54,854 bases of DNA from Actinomycetota bacterium (lineage in GTDB: Bacteria > Actinomycetota > Actinomycetes > Nanopelagicales > Nanopelagicaceae): positions 1 to 54,854 of the forward strand of contig CANNIM010000001.1 in assembly GCA_947505195.1 (NCBI GenBank), written 5' to 3'. Positions within the stretch are counted from its first letter, which is position 1, and each line of letters starts with the position of its first letter. The notes below the pieces were generated by a model that searched no databases, was not told the origin of the DNA, and was given only the letters and a program-made list of their open reading frames with translations. A program made the translations under genes and the position numbers. Shown piece after piece: positions 1 through 10,393 of the stretch.

Positions 1-1340
1 GAAATTTCTGAAATTTCAGTAACAAGTTTTGCATTTAACTTTGCTGATCCGCGGCTTGCAAATGGTGCATCACTGATAACTGTAAGAGCACGCTTTCTTA
101 CCTGCTTGTAAATGCGTAAGAAGACAATTGGTGATTCTTCTTCTGGTTCAAAGCCAAGTAATACAACTTGATCTGCCTTATCAATATCTTTATATGAAGC
201 AGTAAGTCCGAGCGCAATACTCGACAGGAATGATGTTTCCTCATCAGAATGTGGACGGGCGCGGAAATCAATGTCATTTGTTCCAAGTGCAATACGAGCA
301 AATTTGCTGTAACCATAAGCATCTTCAACGGTTGCACGTCCGCCAACTAGAACACCTGCGCGCTTACCTTTAAGTCCAGCCGCTGCAAAAGCGATTGCTT
401 CAGGCCAAGATGCTTCGTGAAGTTCGCCATCAGCACCACGAATCATTGGATTTGTTACGCGTTCTCTACTTGTTAAATACTTAAACGCCCAACGGCCCTT
501 ATCGCAATTCCACTCTTCATTTACTGAAGGGTCATCTCCCGCTAAACGGCGAAGAGTTTTACCGCGACGAATATCAGTACGCATTGCACAACCTGATGCA
601 CAGTGTTCACAAGCAGAATCAATTGAGACTAAGTCAAAGGGACGCGCACGGAAACGATATGAAGTTCCGGTTAACGCACCAACAGGACAAATTTGCACAG
701 TATTACCAGAGTAATAAGACTCGAATGGATCATTCTCATAAATACCTACTTGTTGCAGTGCGCCGCGATCATTCAAGGTAATAAATGGATCACCAGCAAT
801 TTGTTCTGAGAAGCGCGTACAACGTGCACAAAGAACACAACGTTCACGATCTAGTAAAACTTGTGACGAGATTGGTACTGGTTTTTCAAAAGTTCTTTTT
901 ACGCCTTCATAACGTGATTCCGGACGCCCGGTACTCATCGCCTGATTCTGAAGTGGGCATTCACCACCCTTGTCGCAAACTGGGCAATCAAGTGGGTGAT
1001 TAATTAAAAGGAATTCCATAATTCCTGCTTGAGCTTTTTCCGCAACTGGTGAAGTTAATTGAGTCTTAACAATCATGTTGTTTTCAACTGGAATAGTGCA
1101 AGAAGCCTGTGGCTTAGGAAATGCACGACCATTAATTTCAATATCAACAAGACACTGACGACAAGCGCCTTCAGGTTCTAAGAGTGGGTGATCGCAGAAA
1201 CGTGGAATTTGAATACCAAGTTTTTCTGCTGCGCGAATAACCAAAGTTCCTTTTGGCACAGTAACTTCAAAACCATCAATTACGACAGTAATCATTTCTA
1301 CTGGCGCCCCGGTTTCGAGCAGTGCTTGTTCTGGCGTCAT
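1..1340 (-). CDS. nuoG: NADH-quinone oxidoreductase subunit G (5' part; runs off the window start)
   Basis: Not in the ORF track; translated by hand from ATG at 1340: [23 protein letters not shown]...[19 protein letters not shown]...[17 protein letters not shown]...RERCVLCTRCTRF (Fe-S motifs). It directly follows nuoF. Confidence 0.95.
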   Translation of the reverse strand, partial: MTPEQALLETGAPVEMITVVIDGFEVTVPKGTLVIRAAEKLGIQIPRFCDHPLLEPEGACRQCLVDIEINGRAFPKPQASCTIPVENNMIVKTQLTSPVAEKAQAGIMEFLLINHPLDCPVCDKGGECPLQNQAMSTGRPESRYEGVKRTFEKPVPISSQVLLDRERCVLCARCTRFSEQIAGDPFITLNDRGALQQVGIYENDPFESYYSGNTVQICPVGALTGTSYRFRARPFDLVSIDSACEHCASGCAMRTDIRRGKTLRRLAGDDPSVNEEWNCDKGRWAFKYLTSRERVTNPMIRGADGELHEASWPEAIAFAAAGLKGKRAGVLVGGRATVEDAYGYSKFARIALGTNDIDFRARPHSDEETSFLSSIALGLTASYKDIDKADQVVLLGFEPEEESPIVFLRIYKQVRKRALTVISDAPFASRGSAKLNAKLVTEISEI

Positions 1341-2651
1341 TTACGCACCTACCGTTTTGAATATTGTTGAAGCAATTGGATCAAATGGGCAACCACCGTT
1401 ACGTTGATGTTCGAGGTATTCATCACGGAAATATTTTAGTGAAGACATAATCGGTGCTACTGCGCCATCTGCAAGTGCACAGAATGATCGACCGGCGATG
1501 TTGTCACAAAGATCAAGTAATTTCGTAAGGTCGGCTTCAGTTCCTTTGCCATCTTCAAGATCGTGAAGCATCTGAACAAGCCACCACGTACCTTCGCGGC
1601 ATGGAGTGCACTTTCCGCAAGATTCATGTTTGTAGAACTCGCTCCAACGAAGCGCAGCACGAACAACACAAGTTGTTTCATCAAATATCTGAAGAGCTTT
1701 AGTTCCGAGCATCGAACCAGCTGCTGAAACGCCTTCGTAATCTAATGGAATATCTAAATGCTCATCTGTAAACATCGGAGTAGAAGATCCACCTGGTGTC
1801 CAGAATTTTAATTTGTGGCCAGTGCGAACGCCGCCAGCAAGATCTAGTAACTCGCGAAGAGTAATTCCAAGAGGTGCTTCGAATTGTCCTGGATTATTAA
1901 CATGGCCAGATAGCGAGTAAAGGGTAAAGCCCTTGCTCTTCTCAGTTCCCATTGCTTGGAACCATTCGACGCCATTATTAATAATTGCTGGAACAGATGC
2001 AATTGATTCGACATTGTTTACAACAGTTGGTTTGGCATATAAACCAGCGATTGCTGGGAATGGTGGTCGCAACCTTGGTTGACCACGAAAACCTTCTAGT
2101 GAATCAAGTAGCGCAGTCTCTTCGCCACATATATATGCACCAGCGCCAGCGTGCAAAGTCAGTTCAAGATCAAATCCCTTGCCGCCAATGTTCTTTCCAA
2201 GTAACCCTGCTTTATAAGCATCTTCAATCGCTTGTTGCACACGACGGTAAACATGAACGATTTCACCACGAAGATAAATAAAAGCATGGTTCGCGCGAAT
2301 TGCATATGAGCCAATGATTATTCCTTCAATCAACACATGTGGGTTGGCTAGAAGTAGCGGCGTATCTTTACAAGTACCTGGTTCAGATTCATCAGCGTTT
2401 ACAACTAAATAGTGTTCCTTGTTGTCGCCCTGTGGGATAAATCCCCACTTACTGCCAGTTGGAAAACCAGCGCCACCGCGACCTCGAAGACCGGAGTCTT
2501 TAATCATTTGAATTACTTCATCAGGCCCCATCGCAAGCGCTTTTGTAACCGCCTTATAGCCACCATTGCGTTTATAGCCTTCAATAGTAAATGAATCTTT
2601 CTCATCCCAGTTTGCAGATAAGACCGGAGTTAGCTTTGTTTTTGGGGTCAT
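1341..2651 (-). CDS. nuoF: NADH-quinone oxidoreductase subunit F
   Basis: GLRGRGGAGFPTG, NADESEPGT, GAGAYICGEETAL, ESCGKCTPCREG motifs. Confidence 0.97.
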   Translation of the reverse strand: MTPKTKLTPVLSANWDEKDSFTIEGYKRNGGYKAVTKALAMGPDEVIQMIKDSGLRGRGGAGFPTGSKWGFIPQGDNKEHYLVVNADESEPGTCKDTPLLLANPHVLIEGIIIGSYAIRANHAFIYLRGEIVHVYRRVQQAIEDAYKAGLLGKNIGGKGFDLELTLHAGAGAYICGEETALLDSLEGFRGQPRLRPPFPAIAGLYAKPTVVNNVESIASVPAIINNGVEWFQAMGTEKSKGFTLYSLSGHVNNPGQFEAPLGITLRELLDLAGGVRTGHKLKFWTPGGSSTPMFTDEHLDIPLDYEGVSAAGSMLGTKALQIFDETTCVVRAALRWSEFYKHESCGKCTPCREGTWWLVQMLHDLEDGKGTEADLTKLLDLCDNIAGRSFCALADGAVAPIMSSLKYFRDEYLEHQRNGGCPFDPIASTIFKTVGA

Positions 2652-3278
2652 TTACTTCTCACCTTTTGCAATCTTTAATCCAAGTAGCGTTGGTTCGCCA
2701 GCAGAGACGCCCTCATTTGCGAGACCATCACTAAGTCCGGCAAGAACTTCTGAATTTTGTTTCCAAGTGCGAAGCGTATTTGGCCCACGAGTTGGTGCTG
2801 GTGGCTTTCCGGCACGTGCAGCATCAACTAAATCTTTAACGCTTTGTGGTGTTTGGTTATCGTAAAACTCCCAGTTGACCATAACAACAGGTGCAAAATC
2901 GCAAGCAGCATTGCATTCAATTCTTTCGATTGAAACTTTTCCATCTTTTGTAGTTTCATGATTTTCAATTCCAAGGTGATCTGTTAAAGATTCATAGATT
3001 TCATCTCCGCCCATGACTGCGCAAAGAGTATTGATGCAGACACCAACGTGATATTCGCCAGCTGGTTCGCTGCGGTACTGGGTATAAAAGGTCGAAACTG
3101 CAGTTACTTCAGCAGTAGAAATTTCTAACTTCTCGGAGATTTTTTCGATTCCACGAGGAGTGATATAGCCATCGATTGATTGCACATAATGTAGAAGTGG
3201 CATTACGGCAGATCGTGAGCGTGGATATCTAGCAATAATTGAATCCATTATCTTTACTTGTTCGACGTTAAATTCCAT
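2652..3278 (-). CDS. nuoE: NADH-quinone oxidoreductase subunit E
   Basis: 2Fe-2S ligands CINTLC...ECNAACDFAP; operon position. Confidence 0.95.
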   Translation of the reverse strand: MEFNVEQVKIMDSIIARYPRSRSAVMPLLHYVQSIDGYITPRGIEKISEKLEISTAEVTAVSTFYTQYRSEPAGEYHVGVCINTLCAVMGGDEIYESLTDHLGIENHETTKDGKVSIERIECNAACDFAPVVMVNWEFYDNQTPQSVKDLVDAARAGKPPAPTRGPNTLRTWKQNSEVLAGLSDGLANEGVSAGEPTLLGLKIAKGEK

Positions 3279-4615
3279 TAGCGATCAACGCCTCCCATAA
3301 CAGGATCAATAGATGCAACCGCGCCAATAACATCGGCGATCATTCCACCCTCAGCCATTGCAGAAGTTGCTTGCAAGTTGTTGAAAGATGGTTCGCGGAA
3401 GTGAACTCGATAAGGGCGAGTTCCACCATCAGAGACTAAGTGAACTCCAGTTTCGCCACGTGGAGATTCAACTGCTGCATAAACCTGACCGGCAGGAACA
3501 CGGAAGCCTTCAGTTACCAATTTAAAGTGATGAATCAAAGATTCCATTGAAGTTCCCATAATTTCGCGAATATGGTCGAGTGAATTTCCGATTCCATCGC
3601 TGCCGACAGAAAGTTGTGATGGCCAGGCAATCTTCTTATCAGCAACCATTACAGGCTGTCCTTCAGATTTATCTAACTTGTCACAAGCTTGTTCAATAAT
3701 ACGCAGTGATTGTTCTAGTTCTTGCATACGAATTAAGAAGCGACCATAAACATCGCAAGTATCCGTTGTTACAACATCAAATTCATAATTCTCATAACCA
3801 CAATATGGATCGGTCTTACGTAAATCCCATGGCATTCCAGTTGAGCGAAGAACTGGTCCGGTAATTCCTAAAGTGGTGCAGCCCGCAATATCTAAATAGC
3901 CAATGCCTTGAGTACGCATCATCCAAATAGTATTTCCAACTAATAGCTTCTCGTTATCTTTAAAGTTATGTCGGAGTTCTTTAACAGTTTCACGAACTTT
4001 TGCGATTGCTCCTTTAGGCAAATCTTGGGCAACGCCTCCAGGACGTACATAGGCCATATTCATACGAAGTCCGGAGATCATTTCAAAGACATCCAAAACT
4101 TTCTCACGTTCACGAAATGCGAAGATCATCGGCGAAAGTGCGCCCAGTTCAAGCGCGCCAGTTCCAAGTGCCACCATATGTGAAGAGATGCGATTGAGTT
4201 CCATCATAAGAACACGAATTTCACTCGCACGTTCTGGAATATCGCCAGTAATTCCAAGAAGCTTTTCAACTGCAAGGCAGTATGCAGTCTCGTTAAAAAT
4301 CGGAGCCAAATAATCCATGCGGGTTACAAAAGTTACGCCTTGAGTCCAGGTGCGATACTCCGCATTCTTTTCGATGCCAGTATGTAAATATCCAATTCCC
4401 GCACGTGCTTCAGTGATCGTTTCACCTTCAAGTTCAAGAACTAAACGGAGTACGCCGTGTGTTGATGGGTGTTGTGGGCCCATGTTTACAACTACGCGCT
4501 CTTCTTTGGTCTGACCAATTTCAGTAACTAGAGAATCCCAATCGCCACCAGTAACTGAATAAACGCGGCCTTCAGTTGTATCTGTCGCTGATGCATATGA
4601 ATCGTGAGTTGTCAT
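3278..4615 (-). CDS. nuoD: NADH-quinone oxidoreductase subunit D
   Basis: [25 protein letters not shown]-terminal [11 protein letters not shown]. Confidence 0.97.
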   Translation of the reverse strand: MTTHDSYASATDTTEGRVYSVTGGDWDSLVTEIGQTKEERVVVNMGPQHPSTHGVLRLVLELEGETITEARAGIGYLHTGIEKNAEYRTWTQGVTFVTRMDYLAPIFNETAYCLAVEKLLGITGDIPERASEIRVLMMELNRISSHMVALGTGALELGALSPMIFAFREREKVLDVFEMISGLRMNMAYVRPGGVAQDLPKGAIAKVRETVKELRHNFKDNEKLLVGNTIWMMRTQGIGYLDIAGCTTLGITGPVLRSTGMPWDLRKTDPYCGYENYEFDVVTTDTCDVYGRFLIRMQELEQSLRIIEQACDKLDKSEGQPVMVADKKIAWPSQLSVGSDGIGNSLDHIREIMGTSMESLIHHFKLVTEGFRVPAGQVYAAVESPRGETGVHLVSDGGTRPYRVHFREPSFNNLQATSAMAEGGMIADVIGAVASIDPVMGGVDR

Positions 4616-5250
4616 TGGTAAGACCTACGTTCTGATGGTGCGGGAACTGTTGCACCTTTATATTCAATAGGAATTCCACCAAGTGGATAATCTTTTCGTT
4701 GCGGATGTCCTGGCCAATCATCTGGCATCAAGATTCGAGTTAGACCAGGATGGCCATCAAAGATTATTCCAAACATGTCCCATGTTTCACGTTCGTGCCA
4801 ATTATTTCCGGCCCAAACTTCAACTAGTGATGGTAGATGTGGATCGGCATCGGGAACGCTAACTTCCAAACGAATACGGCGGTTATGTGTCATTGAAAGT
4901 AATGGATAAACCGCGTGAAGTTCTCGGCCCTTATCTTCTGGGTAATGAACGCCATTTACTCCAAGACAGATTTCAAATCGAAGTGATTGAGTATCGCGCA
5001 ATTTCATAGCGGTATCAAATAATTTTTCGCGTTTTATGTGAAGTGTTAATTCCCCGCGGTCAACAATAACTTTTTCTATTGCATCACTAAATTCTGGATA
5101 TGCACGTTCTAATTCATCTGTTACTTCATCGAAGTAACTTCCGTACGGGCGTTCGCTAGAGCCAACATTTGCAGCACTTCGGACTAGGCCGCCAAATCCT
5201 GAAGTATCGCCGGAACCACTGGTTCCAAACATTCCGATGGTCTCACTCAT
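4612..5250 (-). CDS. nuoC: NADH-quinone oxidoreductase subunit C
   Basis: [40 protein letters not shown]. Confidence 0.96.
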   Translation of the reverse strand: MSETIGMFGTSGSGDTSGFGGLVRSAANVGSSERPYGSYFDEVTDELERAYPEFSDAIEKVIVDRGELTLHIKREKLFDTAMKLRDTQSLRFEICLGVNGVHYPEDKGRELHAVYPLLSMTHNRRIRLEVSVPDADPHLPSLVEVWAGNNWHERETWDMFGIIFDGHPGLTRILMPDDWPGHPQRKDYPLGGIPIEYKGATVPAPSERRSYQ

Positions 5251-5801
5251 GCGAGCAAACCCTTTAATTGGTGGGTTGGCTTCGCGGCAAGTGCTGCTGC
5301 TTCAACTTCACGAATAATTTGTTCACGATTTACGCCAAGTTTTTCGCTGCCAATGTGTTCGTGCAATTTTAAAATTGCATCCATTAGCGCTTCAGGGCGA
5401 GGTGGACATCCGGGTAAATAAATATCAACTGGCACGATGTGATCAACGCCTTGAACAATTGCGTAGTTATTAAACATTCCACCCGAGGAAGCACAAGCTC
5501 CCATTGCAATAACCCATTTTGGCGCGGCCATTTGATCATAAATTTGGCGAAGAACTGGTGCCATTTTATTTGAAACGCGGCCCGCAACAATCATTAAATC
5601 GGCTTGTCGTGGAGATGCGCGGAAAACTTCCATTCCAAAACGAGCAGCGTCATAACGTCCGCCACCAAATGCCATCATCTCAATTGCACAGCAAGCGAGA
5701 CCAAAAGTTGCTGGCCAGAGTGAGTTCTTGCGCATGTAACCAGCAAGATTTTCAACGGAAGTAAGTGCAAATCCGGCAGGTATTTTCTCTTCTAGACCCA
5801 T
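5247..5801 (-). CDS. nuoB: NADH-quinone oxidoreductase subunit B
   Basis: [35 protein letters not shown]. Start moved to ATG 5801 (MGLEEK), just after the nuoA stop, instead of 5912. Confidence 0.96.
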   Translation of the reverse strand: MGLEEKIPAGFALTSVENLAGYMRKNSLWPATFGLACCAIEMMAFGGGRYDAARFGMEVFRASPRQADLMIVAGRVSNKMAPVLRQIYDQMAAPKWVIAMGACASSGGMFNNYAIVQGVDHIVPVDIYLPGCPPRPEALMDAILKLHEHIGSEKLGVNREQIIREVEAAALAAKPTHQLKGLLA

Positions 5802-5805
5802 GAAT

Positions 5806-6165
5806 TTAATCCCATTCCAATCCGCCGCGGCGCCAAACATAAGCATATGCAACAAAAACTGTTGCGATAAAAATTGCCATCTCAACCAAACCAAATAGTC
5901 CAAGCTGGTCAAATGTAACTGCCCATGGATACAAGAAAACTATTTCAATATCAAAAACTATAAATAGCATTGCAGTTAAGAAATACTTCACTGGAAAACG
6001 TCCGCCGCCTACAGCTTGTGGTGAGGGTTCGATTCCACATTCATAGGCTTCAACTTTTGCCCTGTTGTACCGTTTTGGACCTGTAACAGCCGCGGCAACT
6101 ATTGAAATTACTCCAAAGCCAAAGCCGATTGCTCCAATTACCAGGATCGGTACATAAAGGTTCAC
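5806..6165 (-). CDS. nuoA: NADH-quinone oxidoreductase subunit A
   Basis: [22 protein letters not shown], three TM segments. Confidence 0.96.
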   Translation of the reverse strand: MNLYVPILVIGAIGFGFGVISIVAAAVTGPKRYNRAKVEAYECGIEPSPQAVGGGRFPVKYFLTAMLFIVFDIEIVFLYPWAVTFDQLGLFGLVEMAIFIATVFVAYAYVWRRGGLEWD

Positions 6166-6173
6166 AGTCAGGA

Positions 6174-6179
6174 AGTCTA
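6174..6179 (-). promoter_or_regulatory. Putative -10 element (TAGACT) of the nuo operon
   Basis: TANNNT 8 nt upstream of the nuoA GTG; no SD. Confidence 0.55.
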
Positions 6180-6260
6180 CGGGTTTAGGCGTTGCAGGTC
6201 ACAATCTGCAAATATGAATTAAAAATGAATCTGTTAGGTCTGTTCAAAATGTGGCAGTAA

Positions 6261-6953
6261 TCACGGCTTAGACCCCGTATGCACAGCGACGATACCGAAG
6301 GTCAGATTTTTCCAATGGACCTTTTCAAATCCTGCTGTTTTCATCAGCCCCGCCAAGTCGGCTTGGTTCGGCCAGGCAATAATTGACTCGGCCAAATAGA
6401 TATAGGCGCCAGGGTTGGAAGAAACTTTTCTAGCGACTGGTGGAATTGCCCGCATTAAATAGCGAAGATAAATAGTTCGAAAAATCTTATTCGTCGGTTG
6501 TGAAAATTCAACTACAACCATGCGACCGCCAGGTTTTAGAACTCGCAAAGACTCTCTAAGTGCCTTCAAAGTGTCAGATGTATTTCGTAAGCCAAAAGAA
6601 ATTGTTGTGACATCGAATTCATTATCTTTAAATGAAAGTGCGAGCGCATCTCCGTGAGTGAATGCTAAATCAGGATGACGTTTACGACCTGCCTCTAACA
6701 TTCCCTTTGAAAAATCGAGTGGAATAACTTCTGCACCGGCATCAGCAAGTGGTCGACTAGAAGATCCAGTTCCAGCAGCAATATCTAAGATTCGCATCCC
6801 GGGTTTTGGAGCAATTATCGAGGTTGCGACTTTGCGCCAAGCTTTAGTGCGCCCCAGGCTGAGTAAGTCATTTAGCAAGTCATAACGGCGGGCGACGCCA
6901 TCAAACATCGCTGAAACCTCTTCGGGCTCCTTGCCTAGGTCTGCTCTACTCAC
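6261..6953 (-). CDS. menG: Demethylmenaquinone methyltransferase
   Basis: MFDGVARRYDLLNDLLSLG, LDIAAGTG SAM motif, ISFGLRN, AYIYLAESI. Start moved to GTG 6953 (MSRADLGKEP), 6 nt after GAGAAT. Confidence 0.93.
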   Translation of the reverse strand: MSRADLGKEPEEVSAMFDGVARRYDLLNDLLSLGRTKAWRKVATSIIAPKPGMRILDIAAGTGSSSRPLADAGAEVIPLDFSKGMLEAGRKRHPDLAFTHGDALALSFKDNEFDVTTISFGLRNTSDTLKALRESLRVLKPGGRMVVVEFSQPTNKIFRTIYLRYLMRAIPPVARKVSSNPGAYIYLAESIIAWPNQADLAGLMKTAGFEKVHWKNLTFGIVAVHTGSKP

Positions 6954-6986
6954 GCGTATATTCTCGCGGTAGTAGGCTCCGACCAC

Positions 6987-7016
6987 AAATTAGGAGTTAA
7001 GTTAATTACTTGATTT
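6987..7016 (+). promoter_or_regulatory. Putative hairpin in the bioY 5' leader
   Basis: AAATTAGG-AGTTA-agt-TAATT-a-CTTGATTT, between a TAGGCT -10 (6973-6978) and the SD GAGGAAAGG (7018-7026). Confidence 0.35.
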
Positions 7017-7034
7017 CGAGGAAAGGTTTAGAAC

Positions 7035-7619
7035 ATGACCGAGATATCGCAAGTTAGCAATCTACGAACAGCACTAATTCGACGTTCTTCAGCTGTAACG
7101 CAGATTTCATTAATACTTACAGGAACTGTTTTCCTCGCACTCATGGCGCAAATCTCCTTTCCGATACCTGGTTCTCCAGTTCCATTCACTGGCCAAACAC
7201 TTGGTGTTCTTCTGCTTGGCACTGCATACGGTGCATCACTTGGTTTTAGCACAATGGCTTTCTATCTTTTAATGGGAATTCTTGGCGCTCCAATCTTTGC
7301 TTCTGGATCACATGGGTTAGAGAAAATTGTTGGTGCTACTGGCGGATACCTTGTTGGAATGCTCATTTCCATTCTTGTTCTTGGAGCGCTTGCCGGTCGC
7401 AAATGGGATCAAAAAATTAAGACAGTTATACCAACCATGATCATTGGTAACAGCATCGTTTTCACCTTCGGCCTAATCTGGCTTCACCAATACACCGGAC
7501 AAAGTTGGGCTTGGACTTTCGAAAAAGGTTTCGCGCCTTTCATTTTTGGTGAACTGTTGAAAATCGCAATCGCAAGTACCACTTTGCCTGTTGTTTGGCG
7601 CTTCGTTTCAAAACGATAA
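7035..7619 (+). CDS. bioY: Biotin transporter BioY (ECF S-component)
   Basis: PVPFTGQTLGV, GATGGYLVG, PFIFGELLK; multi-TM. Confidence 0.92.
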   Translation: MTEISQVSNLRTALIRRSSAVTQISLILTGTVFLALMAQISFPIPGSPVPFTGQTLGVLLLGTAYGASLGFSTMAFYLLMGILGAPIFASGSHGLEKIVGATGGYLVGMLISILVLGALAGRKWDQKIKTVIPTMIIGNSIVFTFGLIWLHQYTGQSWAWTFEKGFAPFIFGELLKIAIASTTLPVVWRFVSKR

Positions 7620-7640
7620 CGATTGGTTAAAAGCTAAACT

Positions 7641-8873
7641 GTGCCGACAAATATAACTACTGAACTTCTTGGTGAGCACCTTCCCCTTGAACTAATTTCA
7701 ACAGATCTGGAAGTTACTGCGACTTGGATTCGTGGTGGTGAAGGGTTGATTGGTTTTGGTGACTGGAAGAGCTCTAGCGTTAAAGGTAAGAACCGATTTT
7801 TTGATGCCCGAAAGTGGTGGCACGAACAACTTGCAACTCTAAAAATTCAAAACAATGTGCATGGCAGTGGAACTGGACCGATTCTCTTCTCCTCATTCGC
7901 CTTCGACCCTTCAGAAGAATCTAAGTTAGTTATTCCGGAGATAATTATTGGCCATAAGGGTGGAAAATCTTGGATAACTTGGATTGGTGATCAGACCCAA
8001 CCGGCAATTACGAAGTATGTAAAGAAAGCTCAAACAGGTGAAGTTAAATTTGAGGCAGGTGCGCTCTCAGAAGATGAATGGATGAAGCGCGTAGCAAACG
8101 CAGTTGAAAAAATCAAAGATGGCGAACTCGAAAAAGTTGTATTGGCCCGCGATTTAATTGCCCGCAGCACTGACGCTATTTCGAAGCGAAATCTAATTAC
8201 GTTTCTTACCGTTAACTATCCTTCGACATGGGTCTTCTTAGTATCAAATTTAATTGGTGCAACCCCGGAGCTCTTGGTCCGGCTAAATAAATCACTTGTT
8301 ACTTCCAGAATCTTGGCTGGAACTATTCGTAAATCTGGCGATGAGGCTCGAGACCTAGGGCTAGCCGCTTCCCTTGCTAAATCCTCTAAAGATTTAGAAG
8401 AGCACGAATATGCTGTTCGATCTGTTGCTAATGCTCTTTCTCCCTTCTGTTCATCAACAAACGTTCCAGAATCCCCCTTCGTTCTACACCTTGCAAATGT
8501 TATGCACCTTGCTACAGATGTAACTGGTGTACTTAATGACTCAGCAACTCCAATTGATATTTTTGCACTTATAGCTTCACTCCACCCATCCGCAGCTGTT
8601 TGTGGAACTCCAACGGATATTGCAAATAGAGTTATTAACGAGTTGGAAGATTTAAATCGTGGGCGCTATGCCGGGCCTGTTGGTTGGATTGATGCCCGTG
8701 GAGATGGTGAAATTGGAATTGCTCTTCGCACCGGTGAGCTATCCGAAGATTTAAAATCTATGCAAATTTATAGCGGTTGTGGAATTGTTGCTGGATCTAA
8801 TCCAGAAGATGAATTGGCCGAAAGTCAGGCTAAGTTAAGCCCGATGCGAACAGCGCTTGAGACGCGAGTGTAA
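7641..8873 (+). CDS. menF: Isochorismate synthase
   Basis: KVVLAR, GATPELL, LAGT, KDLEEH, LHPSAAVCG, RGRYAGPVGW; men cluster context. Confidence 0.88.
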   Translation: MPTNITTELLGEHLPLELISTDLEVTATWIRGGEGLIGFGDWKSSSVKGKNRFFDARKWWHEQLATLKIQNNVHGSGTGPILFSSFAFDPSEESKLVIPEIIIGHKGGKSWITWIGDQTQPAITKYVKKAQTGEVKFEAGALSEDEWMKRVANAVEKIKDGELEKVVLARDLIARSTDAISKRNLITFLTVNYPSTWVFLVSNLIGATPELLVRLNKSLVTSRILAGTIRKSGDEARDLGLAASLAKSSKDLEEHEYAVRSVANALSPFCSSTNVPESPFVLHLANVMHLATDVTGVLNDSATPIDIFALIASLHPSAAVCGTPTDIANRVINELEDLNRGRYAGPVGWIDARGDGEIGIALRTGELSEDLKSMQIYSGCGIVAGSNPEDELAESQAKLSPMRTALETRV

Positions 8874-10393
8874 GTCGAGGCTAAATTCTCGGCCATTTTC
8901 GCTCTCGTTGGAACTTCTATCACTACAAAATGTAGGCCACTTTTATTGTGGGCAATCGCAAGGTTCAGATCTGATGTTGTTTTAACTTTAGAAACGCTAA
9001 TTCCAAATCCTGAAATTAACTTAATCAAATCTTGATTTTGCGGCGTTGCAAAAATATCCTCAAAACCATCTGCACCAGCTTGTGGCAGGGTTGAAAAAAT
9101 ACCTCCCCCGTTATTATCAATTACAAAGATAGTTAAATTCACATCCGGCGGTGTTAGCAAAGCGGTTAAATCATGAAGAAAAGTTAAATCCCCGATAACT
9201 GCAAATGTTCGTTCAAAGCCATTTGCAATTCCAAATATCGTGGATAAATTGCCATCAATTCCGGCAAGGCCTCGGTTTGCAAAGACCTCAAGTCCATTTC
9301 GTGGCCTAGCAAATGCTTCAATATCTCTTATTGGTCTACTTGATCCAACAAAGAGCGCTGATCCATCTGGAATTCCCGCAGTAATCGTAGAAAGAGCTAC
9401 TTGCTCCGACCAGCTCTGATCTTTTGAAATTTCAGTTGCAGCAATCTTTGTTATCTCTTGCCAATCTGAAATCCAAGAAGGATTGAGTATTTGAACTTCC
9501 AATTTCGGTAGTTCAAAGAAGACCTGTGTCGCAGTTCGCTTTGTATCAATTAATGAAATCCTCGGATCAATTACGTAACTATATTCAGCACTTGCAATGT
9601 AACTATTTATGCTCCGAGAAAGCGTCGTACGTCCAATAACAATTACATAGTCTGGCTTTAGATAACCTCGGACAAACTCATCGCTCAAAAACGCACTTGC
9701 ATGACCAATCGCTGATTTAAAGGAGAGTGGATCTTCTGCGATAGCTGGTAGCGCAGCTGATTCAATAAATTTTTCTATTTCTTGGACTGCAAATGTTCCA
9801 CGATCATGGCCTACAACAATCAGACCATTTCCGTTTACAGTTAATGACTTAGGATTTTCTAACCTTGTCTTTGGTGCAACTATTTTCAAACCAGAGAGCC
9901 AATCATGATTATCGGTTGAAAGGAGTGGCTCATCAAATTGAATGTTTAGATGAGTTGGCCCGTCTTTAATCTCAAAACTAATTCCAGGAATTAAGTCATA
10001 ACTCGTGATGTTTGGAAAAAGTCCTACCTGATCGGTTGTTTGATTCGAACCTGTTTTGCGAAGGCGTTCTGGCCGATCTGCTGTTATTGCAATCAATTTA
10101 TTATTTGCATGTCGGGCTTCAAGGAGTGCAGGGTGGAAATTGGCTGCGGCAGTGCCACTAGTGCAGATCACAGCAACGCCATTATTTGTTGCTTTCGAAA
10201 TACCAAGCGCATAATAAGCGGCTCCACGCTCATCTATCTTAATATGAAGTTCGATTAAGCCCCGAGTTTTAGCTTCATACAGAGCAATAGATAGCGGCGC
10301 ATTTCTAGAGCCCGGTGAAATAACAAAGTCACTGACTCCAAGTTCAATTAAGTTTCGAATTGTTTGGCGGGCAAAATCAGTGGAATTACTCAT
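8825..10393 (-). CDS. menD: SEPHCHC synthase (ThDP-dependent)
   Basis: SPGSRNAPL, IDERGAAY, CTSGTA, NRGLAGIDG, GDLTFLHD...NNGGGIF. Start at ATG 10393 with SD GGAGAGAGG, overlapping the menC stop. Confidence 0.94.
   Translation of the reverse strand: MSNSTDFARQTIRNLIELGVSDFVISPGSRNAPLSIALYEAKTRGLIELHIKIDERGAAYYALGISKATNNGVAVICTSGTAAANFHPALLEARHANNKLIAITADRPERLRKTGSNQTTDQVGLFPNITSYDLIPGISFEIKDGPTHLNIQFDEPLLSTDNHDWLSGLKIVAPKTRLENPKSLTVNGNGLIVVGHDRGTFAVQEIEKFIESAALPAIAEDPLSFKSAIGHASAFLSDEFVRGYLKPDYVIVIGRTTLSRSINSYIASAEYSYVIDPRISLIDTKRTATQVFFELPKLEVQILNPSWISDWQEITKIAATEISKDQSWSEQVALSTITAGIPDGSALFVGSSRPIRDIEAFARPRNGLEVFANRGLAGIDGNLSTIFGIANGFERTFAVIGDLTFLHDLTALLTPPDVNLTIFVIDNNGGGIFSTLPQAGADGFEDIFATPQNQDLIKLISGFGISVSKVKTTSDLNLAIAHNKSGLHFVVIEVPTRAKMAENLASTYTRVSSAVRIGLNLA

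Noticed and set aside
98-1370. Short ORFs in the track at 98-346, 584-781, 785-1003 and 1188-1370
   Set aside because: They are shadows of nuoG, which the track missed because it runs off the window edge
5802-5912. N-terminal extension of nuoB given in the ORF track
   Set aside because: It overlaps nuoA out of frame; MGLEEK at 5801 is the typical start
6996-7032. Possible BirA operator using GGTTTAGA upstream of bioY
   Set aside because: There is no matching left half-site at the expected spacing
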